A DNA stretch of 62,991 nt, the filler included, from Chlamydiales bacterium (GTDB taxonomy: Bacteria > Chlamydiota > Chlamydiia > Chlamydiales > JACRBE01): assembly GCA_016213235.1 (NCBI GenBank). It is 6 parts of 6 records of this genome, joined end to end, with 100 filler letters (N's around TTAATTAATTAA, not from the genome) between each part and the next. Parts side by side here need not be neighbours in the genome. Positions count along the whole stretch, not along the records: positions 1 to 31,748 come from JACRBE010000021.1; 5 more parts are not named here. One strand, written 5' to 3'. The position numbers and the translations under genes were made by a program. The notes under the pieces are model-generated. The model was not told the DNA's origin. It did no database searches and saw only the letters and a program-made list of their open reading frames with translations. This document shows, in pieces, positions 1 through 9,822 of the stretch; position 1 is the first letter of the stretch; each line of letters begins with the position of its first letter.

Positions 1-531
1 AATGATTTTTTTTTGTTTTGCATCTTCTATCGTTAAACCAGAAATAATTTTTATGTTCTTATCGTCTGCAATAGGCACAATCCAAAACGGCGTTTTAGTA
101 TATTGAAATCTTAAAGAGCTTTGCATATCATTACAAAAATCCAGATAACTTTTATCTCCTAAAATGCACTCCTTTGTCTCTCCACAGTGTTTTAGCCCAA
201 GCAATAATGTTAAAAACTTATGTGATGCATCCGGACGATCATTCCTTCCAATTAACACAAGCTCTTCTGACAAATTAGGAAATGGGATTTGCATATTTTC
301 ATGATGCAGCAAAAGCGGCCCAGAATAAATAACCCCGCGAGGATAGGAAATATAACTTTCCTGCCGTTTATTTAAAGAACAGGCAGCAGTATCACTGTCT
401 GGATAAAGATCTTTTACCTTAATAAAGAAATAACAAAACAAAAACATGCCGCTAACAATCAAGGCACACATTGTGATTAAACAACACAAAATCAATCGAT
501 TAAAGCGATAAATAGAGAGCGTAAAGGTCAT
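1..531 (-). CDS. Hypothetical protein with N-terminal membrane anchor, runs off the window edge
   Basis: Read by hand: ATG at 531, open to base 1 (MTFTLSIYRFNRLILCCLITMCALIVSGMFLFCYFF...GRNDRPDA...TPFWIVP...). It is missing from the ORF track because no stop lies in the window. Confidence 0.75.
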   Translation of the reverse strand, partial: MTFTLSIYRFNRLILCCLITMCALIVSGMFLFCYFFIKVKDLYPDSDTAACSLNKRQESYISYPRGVIYSGPLLLHHENMQIPFPNLSEELVLIGRNDRPDASHKFLTLLLGLKHCGETKECILGDKSYLDFCNDMQSSLRFQYTKTPFWIVPIADDKNIKIISGLTIEDAKQKKII

Positions 532-779
532 ATTAATATATTACATACTAGCTAATTATTTCATTAATTAATGCAGTTTATACCATTTAAAAAATTAAAG
601 CAAAAAAACTTGCCTGTTTTTATTCTGTTGAAAAAAAAAAGTTTTATATTTAAGTTGCGATTTATGGAGGATACATCTTATATGTCTTCTCCCCCTAAAA
701 CCATGTTAAATATTACGCTAAGCTATTTAATCATAATATCTAAGCATAATATTTAACAAAATAAGGAGTATAGCTGGCA

Positions 780-1163
780 ATGGAAGGTAAAAAACAAAAT
801 AAAGAAGGCATGACCGTCCAAGAAATAGAAGGCATTGCTAAAAAATATAGATTTGAGCTTGTTTTCTGTTTGGCTTTTATACTAGCTGCAGCCTTTTCTT
901 ACCTTTTTAGCATGGAAGGTTGGAGCGTTTTTTTAGCTGCAGTCGGTGGAATTATAGGAATATGTCTTCCTAAACACATTGAAAGATTTGAAGAAATCTG
1001 TTTTCGATTTATCTATAAACAAGAAAAAATTACCCAAATCATTATTGGCGTAGTACTATTAGTTCTTGCCGTCTTCATTTCCCCATTAGTATTTTTACTT
1101 CTTGGGTTAATGGGTGGTGTTGAAGTATATCATAGCGTAGCAAAAAATAGTATGAGCAGCTAA
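780..1163 (+). CDS. Small integral membrane protein (about 4 TM), chlamydial hypothetical
   Basis: 127-aa ORF, AAGGAG RBS upstream, four hydrophobic segments. Confidence 0.8.
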   Translation: MEGKKQNKEGMTVQEIEGIAKKYRFELVFCLAFILAAAFSYLFSMEGWSVFLAAVGGIIGICLPKHIERFEEICFRFIYKQEKITQIIIGVVLLVLAVFISPLVFLLLGLMGGVEVYHSVAKNSMSS

Positions 1164-1925
1164 TTATTGTGTAGATAACGTGGTTTCTCTTGTTTGAATA
1201 TAATCAAGAAGAGAGACCCCGTTTTGATTAAAATGGGCAACAAACGGCTGGTAGCTAGGCTTTATCTGTCCATCTACAAGCAGCATGGCTCGCAATGCTT
1301 TCCAAGAATCGAGTTCATCGTTAATTAAAGAAAGTTTTTTTTCTAATACACCTATTCTAAATAGGTTAAATGGTATAAGTAATTCCCCGCTAGATGTTTT
1401 ATGAAACGTAAAATCATCCATCATTTTTTTATGTAATAATCTTGATTGCTCTAAAGCTTCTTGATATTCCTGACTACCAATTAATAGGGAAATAGCAGAA
1501 AACTTAGTAAAATAGTCTCCTAATACGACTGTTTTATTAATTTGCCTGTTTGCCGCTTGTATCACTTCTTTCACTCTAGAACAACTAACAAATCGTTGAT
1601 AGATGTCCCCTTCCATCTTACTTGCCAATTCGGGATGTTTTTTCATTAATTGCTGCAGATCTGCAAGAATTTTTTGATTGATTTCATTTGTTTTTACCCA
1701 AGCATCAAATGTTTTTTCTGCTTTAACATAATCATGTAGTTTTTTTGATTGGCTTGGCGTGACCAGCACAAGCACAGACGCTACTCCAAAAAGGGCTCCT
1801 ATTCCAAGGCCAATCCACTTTCTGTATGAATAGATCTTAATAGCAAAACGCTCACTTGTTGATTCTGTCAATTCTCCTACAGAGCCATTACTAGGAAATA
1901 CTACGATTTTGTCTGGTGATTCCAT
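1164..1925 (-). CDS. Hypothetical protein, single TM followed by a helical domain
   Basis: 253-aa ORF with TM WIGLGIGALFGVASVLVLV. Confidence 0.75.
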   Translation of the reverse strand: MESPDKIVVFPSNGSVGELTESTSERFAIKIYSYRKWIGLGIGALFGVASVLVLVTPSQSKKLHDYVKAEKTFDAWVKTNEINQKILADLQQLMKKHPELASKMEGDIYQRFVSCSRVKEVIQAANRQINKTVVLGDYFTKFSAISLLIGSQEYQEALEQSRLLHKKMMDDFTFHKTSSGELLIPFNLFRIGVLEKKLSLINDELDSWKALRAMLLVDGQIKPSYQPFVAHFNQNGVSLLDYIQTRETTLSTQ

Positions 1926-2052
1926 ATTAGTTCTTTTTTTTTATATCGATATTATGAGATTTTTCTTTTACTTCAAAGAAAAATCTTATTCAAAGTAAAT
2001 TACTTATATTGTGGCATATGCTATTCTATCCCTCCTTAAAAAAGGGAATTTT

Positions 2053-3300
2053 ATGTTAGATGCAATACAGTGTTGTTGCTATGGCTATGAGTTGCGAGCA
2101 TTGCAGCTTGAATTTTTTAGTGCTGCTATTGACCATCTAGACCTCCATATCAGCAATCCTCGACCAAATCTTGACCAGATCTTATATCATGATCTTCCTC
2201 ATCTCTCATCCATTAACAGGCGTTTTGAATTAATAGCCAAACATGTGCCTATACCTCATAAGCTTCAAATGAAGATTTGTCGTGCTAGCACTGTTTTTGC
2301 AGACGCCCTCTCCATACTTTCGCAAACATATGGAATGTTTCAAACAAGCAACATCCGTTATTATGGTATTTTTAAGAAACAAGATCCTAGACAGACAACT
2401 ATCTCTCCGTTATTTTTACTGGCACTAAAGAAAAAATTAGCAGCTTCTTTTCCAAACACTCCTTTATCTTTTCGCTGTATAAGTTACAGGGGCAATGGCA
2501 TCTTATTTCAAGCATCCCTTCCCGAGGATTTGCCTTCTGTCGTTGTAAAAACTTTCCATAAAACCAGTGTTATTGCTTACAAAACACTCCAAAATGAACA
2601 ACGCATGCTTATATTAGCTAGAGGGCATCCTAATATCATACCGATATATTGGTGTGGACAAGATAAGATCATATTACCTTATGTCAAAGAAACATCAGCA
2701 ACGTTTTTTTCGCATGATGAAAACAGAACCTGGATTAAGCTTAGAGAGTTCGCATATCAAGTGTTTTCTGGGTTGAACCATTTACATGGACTAGGCATTT
2801 GCCATCGAGATATAAAACCCGCCAACATACTGGTAACACAAAACAACCATGTAATGATTGCCGATTTTGGTTTTGCACAGCTACAGAGTCATTATCCAGC
2901 AAAAGCTAAAGGAACCCCCTTTTATGCAGCTCCTGAGTTTTTTCTCTTGCGACGAGGGACTCCCGCTCAAGATATGTGGGCAGCTGGCGTTTCTTTATTC
3001 CGATTAATTACTACAAAACGATCTCTTATTCCTATACCACAGCACTGTACTATTGATGACTTTTTTTATCGTTTAGAGTCTATAACACAAGAAGAAATAG
3101 ATAGCATTATTGAATCATCCATTGGAACTAGAGATGTGATAGATTTATTAAAGAAGATGTTGCAAGTAGATCCAATAAAAAGAATATCTGCCAAGGAAGC
3201 TCTATTTCATCCTTTTTTCACAGCCCCACCTGTATACCGTCCTCTGTTGATTGCTGTCTTAAAAAACAGGATTGACTATATTAGAACGCAAGAAAAGTAG
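2053..3300 (+). CDS. Eukaryote-like Ser/Thr protein kinase
   Basis: VVVK, HRDIKPAN, DFG, GTPFYAAPE, DMWAAG and KRISAKEAL motifs. ATG 2053 follows AGGG and is preferred over GTG 2011. Confidence 0.9.
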   Translation: MLDAIQCCCYGYELRALQLEFFSAAIDHLDLHISNPRPNLDQILYHDLPHLSSINRRFELIAKHVPIPHKLQMKICRASTVFADALSILSQTYGMFQTSNIRYYGIFKKQDPRQTTISPLFLLALKKKLAASFPNTPLSFRCISYRGNGILFQASLPEDLPSVVVKTFHKTSVIAYKTLQNEQRMLILARGHPNIIPIYWCGQDKIILPYVKETSATFFSHDENRTWIKLREFAYQVFSGLNHLHGLGICHRDIKPANILVTQNNHVMIADFGFAQLQSHYPAKAKGTPFYAAPEFFLLRRGTPAQDMWAAGVSLFRLITTKRSLIPIPQHCTIDDFFYRLESITQEEIDSIIESSIGTRDVIDLLKKMLQVDPIKRISAKEALFHPFFTAPPVYRPLLIAVLKNRIDYIRTQEK

Positions 3301-3303
3301 CTG

Positions 3304-4296
3304 CTAGCTAAATAATTGTTGCATAACCTTTTTATGCCCAGATGAAAATGCTAGTTTTTCTAGCTGGAATAAGTCTATCCACTCATAACCGGGGTAGCTT
3401 GTCTGATGCTCTGCTTGAAATACCTTGGGAAATAAAGACACCTGATACTTAGTGTAGTAATGCACCACCTTTTTTAAGTCTTTTATGTAAATTGCTTTTA
3501 CAAATATTTCTTCTTCATTTTCCAAGTAAGGAAATTCCCATAAATCTGCCATTATTTGCCCAGGCGCGTTCTTTTTCACTAAAACTTTGTTTTCAAAAAA
3601 AATGCAAAAAACCACCCTGGATGCTTTAATTGTCTCATATTTTTTACTATTAACAGGAAATAACGCTTGTTCTTTTCTTTGATAAGCTAGGCAATCTTTT
3701 TGCAAAGGACATCGATAGCAGATGGGGGTTTTTTGGCAAACTAACGCCCCTAGCTCAATAAGAGCTTCCATTTCTATCCATGGAGCTTTGTCGCTTAGCA
3801 TCGTTTCTAATAGTTGTTGCAGATGCTTTTTTGTAGATGCTTTTGTAATATCTCTATTATCTCCCAGCAATCGGGTCAGGACCCTTAATACATTACCATC
3901 GATTGCTGCAGCTTTTTTATGACATGCAAAACTTAAGATAGCTCCAGCAGTATAAGGACCAATCCCCGGAACCTTCTCCAGATCTTCTCTATTATCTGGT
4001 ACGATGCCATAATGCTTATCTATGATATACTTAGCCGCAAGATGCAGGTTCCTTGCTCTGGAATAGTATCCAAGTCCCTCCCACGCCTTAATGACACTCT
4101 CTAGGGGAGCAGTTGCAAGTGTTTGTATATCAGGGAACGATACCATCCATCTTTCAAAATAATCGACTACAGCAACCGCTTTTGTTTGTTGCAGCATTAT
4201 TTCTGATACTAAAACTTTATAGGGAGAAACCCCTTCTCTCCATGGAAATTCTCTTTTATTCTTTAAAAACCAATCAACTAGATGATTAAAAAACAT
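3304..4296 (-). CDS. mutY: A/G-specific adenine DNA glycosylase
   Basis: VSEIMLQQT, WEGLGYYSRARNL, HhH motif PGIGPYTA, Fe-S Cys cluster, LWEFP. Confidence 0.95.
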   Translation of the reverse strand: MFFNHLVDWFLKNKREFPWREGVSPYKVLVSEIMLQQTKAVAVVDYFERWMVSFPDIQTLATAPLESVIKAWEGLGYYSRARNLHLAAKYIIDKHYGIVPDNREDLEKVPGIGPYTAGAILSFACHKKAAAIDGNVLRVLTRLLGDNRDITKASTKKHLQQLLETMLSDKAPWIEMEALIELGALVCQKTPICYRCPLQKDCLAYQRKEQALFPVNSKKYETIKASRVVFCIFFENKVLVKKNAPGQIMADLWEFPYLENEEEIFVKAIYIKDLKKVVHYYTKYQVSLFPKVFQAEHQTSYPGYEWIDLFQLEKLAFSSGHKKVMQQLFS

Positions 4297-4406
4297 TATT
4301 TCTCTTTATATTTTTTTATATCTTACCACCTAGCAGTAAATAATTTAAACGAAATGATAAAAATGAACTTTACTCATTTTCAATGACTTAGCGAAGCGTA
4401 GGGCAT

Positions 4407-4434
4407 TTGACATCTTATTTTTAAATTTGATACT
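4407..4434 (+). promoter_or_regulatory. Putative sigma66/70 promoter for the 4474-7216 operon
   Basis: TTGACA-N16-GATACT about 40 nt upstream of ATG 4474. Confidence 0.45.
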
Positions 4435-4473
4435 AATTAAGTATAGATAATACAAAAAATAAAAAGTTAATTT

Positions 4474-4824
4474 ATGGAAAATAACAATTCCGAAGATTTT
4501 GTTTACTTTATTGAAAGTGTTGAACAAGCATTGCCAGAACTTATAACCGGAATCAAAAGTTATAACTTTCATCAAATAGGAGTGCATAGAAACTTCTTTC
4601 TGAAAGAATTTGAGATCTTGAAAATGTTATCTAATTACTTACCTGAAAAATCACCGGAAAAAGCGCTTTGCAATAAAGTGATCAATCAATGGAAGTCCAT
4701 TGATGCAGAGCTTAGCAAAACTCCTCTTAACTTCCCAAAAGTTGAAAAAGACATCCTATTTCTTCAAACTCAACTAAATAAGCTGATTAGCTCCTCTGGA
4801 GGAAAAAAATGGAAGACCGCATAA
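4474..4824 (+). CDS. Hypothetical helical protein
   Basis: 116-aa ORF, first gene of an overlapping four-gene operon. Confidence 0.7.
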   Translation: MENNNSEDFVYFIESVEQALPELITGIKSYNFHQIGVHRNFFLKEFEILKMLSNYLPEKSPEKALCNKVINQWKSIDAELSKTPLNFPKVEKDILFLQTQLNKLISSSGGKKWKTA

Positions 4825-5204
4825 TTCCATCTTTTATTTCATCAGAAGAAATATCATTATTAAGAGAACTATTATCTCTTCTTGTGTGTGAAGAGTGCTT
4901 ATTAATGCAAGGACAAAAAGAAGAAAGAAAACTTCTTTGCAAAAAAAGATATGCCGTTAATCGAAAAATCAGATTTCTAAAAAATCAGCCCCATCAACTA
5001 ACTTTTTTTGATGAATTTGATACTGCATATTTACAAGGCATCTACGATGCTCTTGAAAAAGAAATTTTGCTGCAAAGAAAAAGAAATATCGCTTTATTAA
5101 AATATGGCGGCTTAGATACTCTCAAGAAAAATCCTGCAATAGCTCCTAAAGTAAATAAACCACGGCTATTGACTCTGGATCCTGATTTATACCATGACGC
5201 TTAA
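4809..5204 (+). CDS. Hypothetical helical/coiled-coil protein
   Basis: 131-aa ORF with GGAGG RBS, overlapping both neighbours. Confidence 0.7.
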   Translation: MEDRIIPSFISSEEISLLRELLSLLVCEECLLMQGQKEERKLLCKKRYAVNRKIRFLKNQPHQLTFFDEFDTAYLQGIYDALEKEILLQRKRNIALLKYGGLDTLKKNPAIAPKVNKPRLLTLDPDLYHDA

Positions 5205-6219
5205 GTTAGAAGGGCTATTATATGGGCCTAATTTACAACACCTGGATCATATCGGCCCAATTTGTGCCATTCTTGGCATTCCATTAACTGTTACAGAAAA
5301 AGAATTACTAGAAATTGCTAAAGAGTATTACCCCGATTTAGATGTTCATTATGCATCCTATTCTACTATTGCAAAAGAGCTCTATGATCATTGCAACGCA
5401 ATTATTTCTTGCTTGCCAACTGCCATACTAAATGAGGTCTTTTTTCTACCCTCCTGTTTGAAGGCAAAAAAAATGACTTATATCTGGTGCCCTCACGGCA
5501 ATTCGGAAAAAGGATATGATTCTTATTTTACAGAGGTACTAGAAAAAGAGCGCATTATTCTTTGTTATGGTCCTAAGATAGTGCAAAAATTACACCATCA
5601 TCACGATTTATCAATACATCACCTCATAAAAACAGGAAATTACCGTTTTGAATATTATCAAAAGCAAAAAACTTTTTATGATCCGTTATTTCATGAAAAA
5701 ATAGGCCAGTTCTTAAAACAACCCCTGAATATGTTGTTTGCCCCTTCTTGGAAAGATCACGACAACAGCAATATGGTATTGGAAGAGCTGAAAAGTATTA
5801 TTTCTCAAAAACCACTGTCTTATAATCTTTTAATTAAATTACACCCAAATACAATCGTGAAATATGGAATACATATTGATTTGCTAAAAGAAGATTATGA
5901 TGATGTATTTTTTATTCATGATATTCCCAGTATTTATCCTATATTAAACATCACGGACATTTACGTGGGGACCCACTCCTCTATTGCGTATGATTTTCTC
6001 TATTTTAAAAAACCGATTATTTTTATTGATGATAAGGCCCCTTTTGCATCTACCATTTCATCAAGCGAATTAAACAAGCTAAAAACTCTTATTTTACATT
6101 TAACAAATAATACAGGCTCTTTAGTGGCACATAACATTTACTATGAACAGGCTTTTTTCAATGATGTAGCGCTAGATATGCTTAAAACAAACCTTTTTCA
6201 AGTATTATATGAACAATAA
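5194..6219 (+). CDS. CDP-glycerol glycerophosphotransferase family protein (TagB/TagF-like)
   Basis: WCPHG, GNYR, LFAPSW, IKLHP and YVGTHSSIAYDFLYFKKPIIF motifs. Confidence 0.85.
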   Translation: MTLKLEGLLYGPNLQHLDHIGPICAILGIPLTVTEKELLEIAKEYYPDLDVHYASYSTIAKELYDHCNAIISCLPTAILNEVFFLPSCLKAKKMTYIWCPHGNSEKGYDSYFTEVLEKERIILCYGPKIVQKLHHHHDLSIHHLIKTGNYRFEYYQKQKTFYDPLFHEKIGQFLKQPLNMLFAPSWKDHDNSNMVLEELKSIISQKPLSYNLLIKLHPNTIVKYGIHIDLLKEDYDDVFFIHDIPSIYPILNITDIYVGTHSSIAYDFLYFKKPIIFIDDKAPFASTISSSELNKLKTLILHLTNNTGSLVAHNIYYEQAFFNDVALDMLKTNLFQVLYEQ

Positions 6220-7216
6220 ACAAGCGTTAAAAAATTGCTGTGGCATCTTATATGGAAATTATCCTCAATTAATCGATCACATCGCTCCCTTTTGCTGCAT
6301 CAATACAATTCCCCTTTTTGCAACAGAGCAAGATATTGTTAGCGCAATAGAAAAATACTATCCGCACACAAATGTCCACCTTGTTAGTTATGCTAACTTT
6401 CCTACCATCACACTTGGATTTGATGAAATCATCTCCTGCCACTGGACCTGTAATTTAAAACAAATCTATTTTCTTGCAGAAATATTATTAAAAAAAGAAA
6501 TATCAACCATCTGGCTACCTCATGGTATGTCTGACAAAGGCTTTAACCACTCTCTAAAGCAGCTTCTAAAAGATGAAAAAAAAGCATTTGTTTATGGATC
6601 TAAAATGAAGCAAGAGTTGTTTATAGAAAATGAGCACGTATCTTGTGTTGGCAATTTTCGATACAAGTATTTCAATGAACATGCATCTTTTTATCATCAA
6701 ACAACTCAGGCTCTATGGAAAATAGATAAGAAGAAGAAAAATATTTTATTTGCTCCTACATGGGTAGACGCCAATTATAAAGATGCTTTTTTCTCTGCCT
6801 GTGACACATTATGTAAAGAGCTAAGCCATGATTATCAATTGTGGATAAAATTGCATCCAAGAACAGAAAAAGAATATGAATATCATATTTTGCAATTAAA
6901 AGAGACTTATACCAACTGTATATATTTAGAAAATATCCCCTTTATTTATCCCATACTTCAATTTATTGATCTATATATCGGAGATTATTCCTCTATTGGA
7001 TATGATTTTTTACTATTTGATAGACCCATGATCTTTCTGGAATTTGATCCTAATGTAGCTAAAAACAATAAAGAAAGAGCTCTTCATCAATGTGGAGCTA
7101 CTCTACCCAGTGCAAATTCTCATTTAATCGGCCATATAGCGCAAGATGCTCTTTGCAACACCTCATCACATTTATCTTTAATCAAAAAAAACTTGTATCA
7201 ATATTCATATTCTTGA
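6209..7216 (+). CDS. CDP-glycerol glycerophosphotransferase family protein (TagB/TagF-like), paralog 2
   Basis: WLPHG, LFAPTW, IKLHP and YIGDYSSIGYDFLLFDRPMIF motifs. Confidence 0.88.
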   Translation: MNNKQALKNCCGILYGNYPQLIDHIAPFCCINTIPLFATEQDIVSAIEKYYPHTNVHLVSYANFPTITLGFDEIISCHWTCNLKQIYFLAEILLKKEISTIWLPHGMSDKGFNHSLKQLLKDEKKAFVYGSKMKQELFIENEHVSCVGNFRYKYFNEHASFYHQTTQALWKIDKKKKNILFAPTWVDANYKDAFFSACDTLCKELSHDYQLWIKLHPRTEKEYEYHILQLKETYTNCIYLENIPFIYPILQFIDLYIGDYSSIGYDFLLFDRPMIFLEFDPNVAKNNKERALHQCGATLPSANSHLIGHIAQDALCNTSSHLSLIKKNLYQYSYS

Positions 7217-8247
7217 ACGGGAGGAAGTACCATTACATTAGTAACGCTTTCTAAATATAAAATACTTGGCTGCACTTCCATTTGATAATAAAAACTTCCC
7301 TCCGACAGTGGCAATACCGTTTTTACACTACCAATAATAAGTCCTTCAGGAAAAACCCCATCCAACCCGGAAGTTAACAACAAATCACCTACTTGAAAAA
7401 AATTACTTTCATGCTTGTATTTGTTTAATATAGGATGAAAACCTATCCCCTTAAGAAAACTCTTCTTTACACTCCAAAGAGGTTGAGAGAAACCACTCAC
7501 CTCTCCTCTTGCAATCATTACATGATCTTGCTTTGTGTCTAGTTTGTTTTTATATCTATTCAACACTTGTTTTAACTCTTCTTCCTCTTCCGTAAAACGC
7601 TGCAGAGATTCTATTGCTGTCACAATCTCATCCTTCTGATAGCTACCTCGATGCGAGCACACAGAAATATGTAAATTCTCATCTGTTATCAGTCTTACCT
7701 TGGATCGCTTCAGAAAAACCTCTTCAACAACCCCTACTACTTTATCCCCAATTACAACAGGGCTGTTTTTCGCTATCACCGTTTGAGAAAGCCTTTTATT
7801 TTCCTCCTCACCTTTATTGATCCAAATAAAACTACCCCAACTAACAGGCTCCCGAAAAATCACCTTTGCTCTCACACTCTTACACAAATAAAAAAGACGC
7901 TTGATGATTAATTCTTCTTTTATTTTCCACTGTTTTTTATTTACGTTCACATCTAAGTTGTCTAATTGAACAACTAACTCTTCTAAAATAGACTGCTCTT
8001 TTAAGTAGTCTCCAATCTCTTTGATTTCACTCTTCAGCAAAAAATTCTCTGTCTTGAGGCTATCATATTCCTCTTTATCTACTTTCTCCTTGGGAAAAAG
8101 ATGAATCCACTGAAATAATTTCAGCGGTTGATTCATTAAATAAATTGTCGTATTTCTAAACGAATCGGTAATGGATATAGGTAAATTAAATAGAAGAAAT
8201 AAAGAGATGCCAAGAGAGAAATAAGAAGAAAATATAGCGCTTTTCAA
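7198..8247 (-). CDS. mreC: Rod shape-determining protein MreC
   Basis: N-terminal TM, coiled coil, AKVIFR, WINKG, VVGVV, SKVRLITD, GDLLLTSGLDGVFPEGLIIG. Confidence 0.88.
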   Translation of the reverse strand: MKSAIFSSYFSLGISLFLLFNLPISITDSFRNTTIYLMNQPLKLFQWIHLFPKEKVDKEEYDSLKTENFLLKSEIKEIGDYLKEQSILEELVVQLDNLDVNVNKKQWKIKEELIIKRLFYLCKSVRAKVIFREPVSWGSFIWINKGEEENKRLSQTVIAKNSPVVIGDKVVGVVEEVFLKRSKVRLITDENLHISVCSHRGSYQKDEIVTAIESLQRFTEEEEELKQVLNRYKNKLDTKQDHVMIARGEVSGFSQPLWSVKKSFLKGIGFHPILNKYKHESNFFQVGDLLLTSGLDGVFPEGLIIGSVKTVLPLSEGSFYYQMEVQPSILYLESVTNVMVLPPVQEYEY

Positions 8248-9440
8248 CCGCCAACCTCGATCATACTACGGATAACATAATCTAGATTATCCTGTGTCAA
8301 TCCCGATAGGTTTATTCTGCCATCCAGCGTCATGTAAATACCAAATTTTTCTCTTATTGATATTACTTCATCCTTAGAAAGGTCCGTAAAACAAAATAGC
8401 CCTTTTTTATTGATGAGATGAGAATAGTTTCTTTTTGCTTTTTTTGCTTTTAATCCATCCACAAAACGCTCGCGAATACTTGCAAGACGCTTGCGACTCT
8501 CTTTCAACTCCTCATTCCATAGAGCCATTAGTTCATCATCATGCAAAATGGTTTCTACAATCGCCACCCCATGCCTAGGGGGATTTGAATAAGTTGACCT
8601 TGCTATTTTCTTTAAATTTTGAAGTACCTTCACAGCCTCTTCTTCATTTTCTGTAAAAACATATAAAGCACCAACCCTCTCTCCATATAATCCAAATGTT
8701 TTAGAGTGAGAACATGCCACTAACATATCCACTTTTTCTTTAACAAACAGCCGAATGGAAAATACATCCTCTTCTATCCCATCACCAAACCCTTGATAAG
8801 CTAAATCAAAAAAAGCAATAAGCCTTCTCTCTTTCATGATGCCGCTGATCTCTTTCCATTGATCTTTTGTAAAATCAATACCTGTTGGATTATGACAACA
8901 TGCATGCAATATAACAATATTTCTAGGCTCCAACTTTTTTATATAATCGATAAATGCATCATATTTCATGGCATGCGTAGTATGATCATAATAGGGATAA
9001 TGAAAAACTTTTCCTCCTGCATATTCAAAGATATTATTATGGTTGGGCCACGTAGGCGTAGATAAATGAAACCCGGATCCTACTTCCCTTACTAATAAAT
9101 TTGCACCAAGACACAGAGCGCCTGTACCACCAAGACTTTGCATTTTTGCAACACGATCAAATGTCTCTTCTCCGAGTTGTTTACCAAACAAAAGTATAAA
9201 GGTTTGTTCTAAAAATTTTTTATTCCCATTGATTGGCAAATATACTTTTGTTGGTTGCGTATCGAGGATTTTTTTTTCGGCCTCGTATACTGCTTTCATT
9301 CTTCTGCTAGACCCATCTTCCTGTTTATAAATACCAACGGCTAAAAATATTTTTTGCGATCTTGGATCATCATTAAATTCTGCAGTAATACCTAATATTG
9401 GATCTTCTGGTAATTTAGCTAATTTTCCATAAATCCCCAT
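8244..9440 (-). CDS. aspC: Aspartate/aromatic amino acid aminotransferase
   Basis: DPILG, QSLGGTGAL, HACCHNPTG, DLAYQGF, SHSKTFGLYGERVG (PLP Lys), GRIN. Confidence 0.93.
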   Translation of the reverse strand: MGIYGKLAKLPEDPILGITAEFNDDPRSQKIFLAVGIYKQEDGSSRRMKAVYEAEKKILDTQPTKVYLPINGNKKFLEQTFILLFGKQLGEETFDRVAKMQSLGGTGALCLGANLLVREVGSGFHLSTPTWPNHNNIFEYAGGKVFHYPYYDHTTHAMKYDAFIDYIKKLEPRNIVILHACCHNPTGIDFTKDQWKEISGIMKERRLIAFFDLAYQGFGDGIEEDVFSIRLFVKEKVDMLVACSHSKTFGLYGERVGALYVFTENEEEAVKVLQNLKKIARSTYSNPPRHGVAIVETILHDDELMALWNEELKESRKRLASIRERFVDGLKAKKAKRNYSHLINKKGLFCFTDLSKDEVISIREKFGIYMTLDGRINLSGLTQDNLDYVIRSMIEVGG

Positions 9441-9509
9441 ATGCCTTACCCCATCATGCTATGTTTTATTTCCACCATAAAACATCAAAAATTAAATCAC
9501 GAGGACAAA

Positions 9510-9692
9510 TCACGTGATTTGCAATATGGTTTTTGCAACAGCTAGGCCAAGCAACATGGACTGCGACTCATCCAAATAAATTCCATCAATGGGACTCGAT
9601 GTCACAACAAGTGCAGCATCTAAAAATTCACATGATTCTTTAGCTATTTGACGATCTTGATCAATTTTTGATATAAAATTATCTTGAATCAA
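9510..9692 (-). pseudogene. Remnant of an SGNH/GDSL arylesterase (C-terminus only)
   Basis: RQIAKESCEFLDAALVVTSSPIDGIYLD...LLGLAVAKTI resembles the block V region (DGIHLD). The catalytic His is replaced by Tyr and there is no intact N-terminus. Confidence 0.6.
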
Positions 9693-9822
9693 ATATTTGT
9701 TTTTTTTTATTCGGTTAAAAAATTGTTTTAATTTCTGGCGCCTTGCTCGAATTAATAGAAAGAATTGATATTTTTCTGCGACCTCTTTACAATTTCCTTA
9801 TATTTAAAACAGTGGATGTAAT

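Noticed and set aside
571..756. 61-aa ORF in the intergenic region
   Set aside because: AT-rich K/F/I/L-biased sequence spanning a divergent promoter region, with no RBS or motif.
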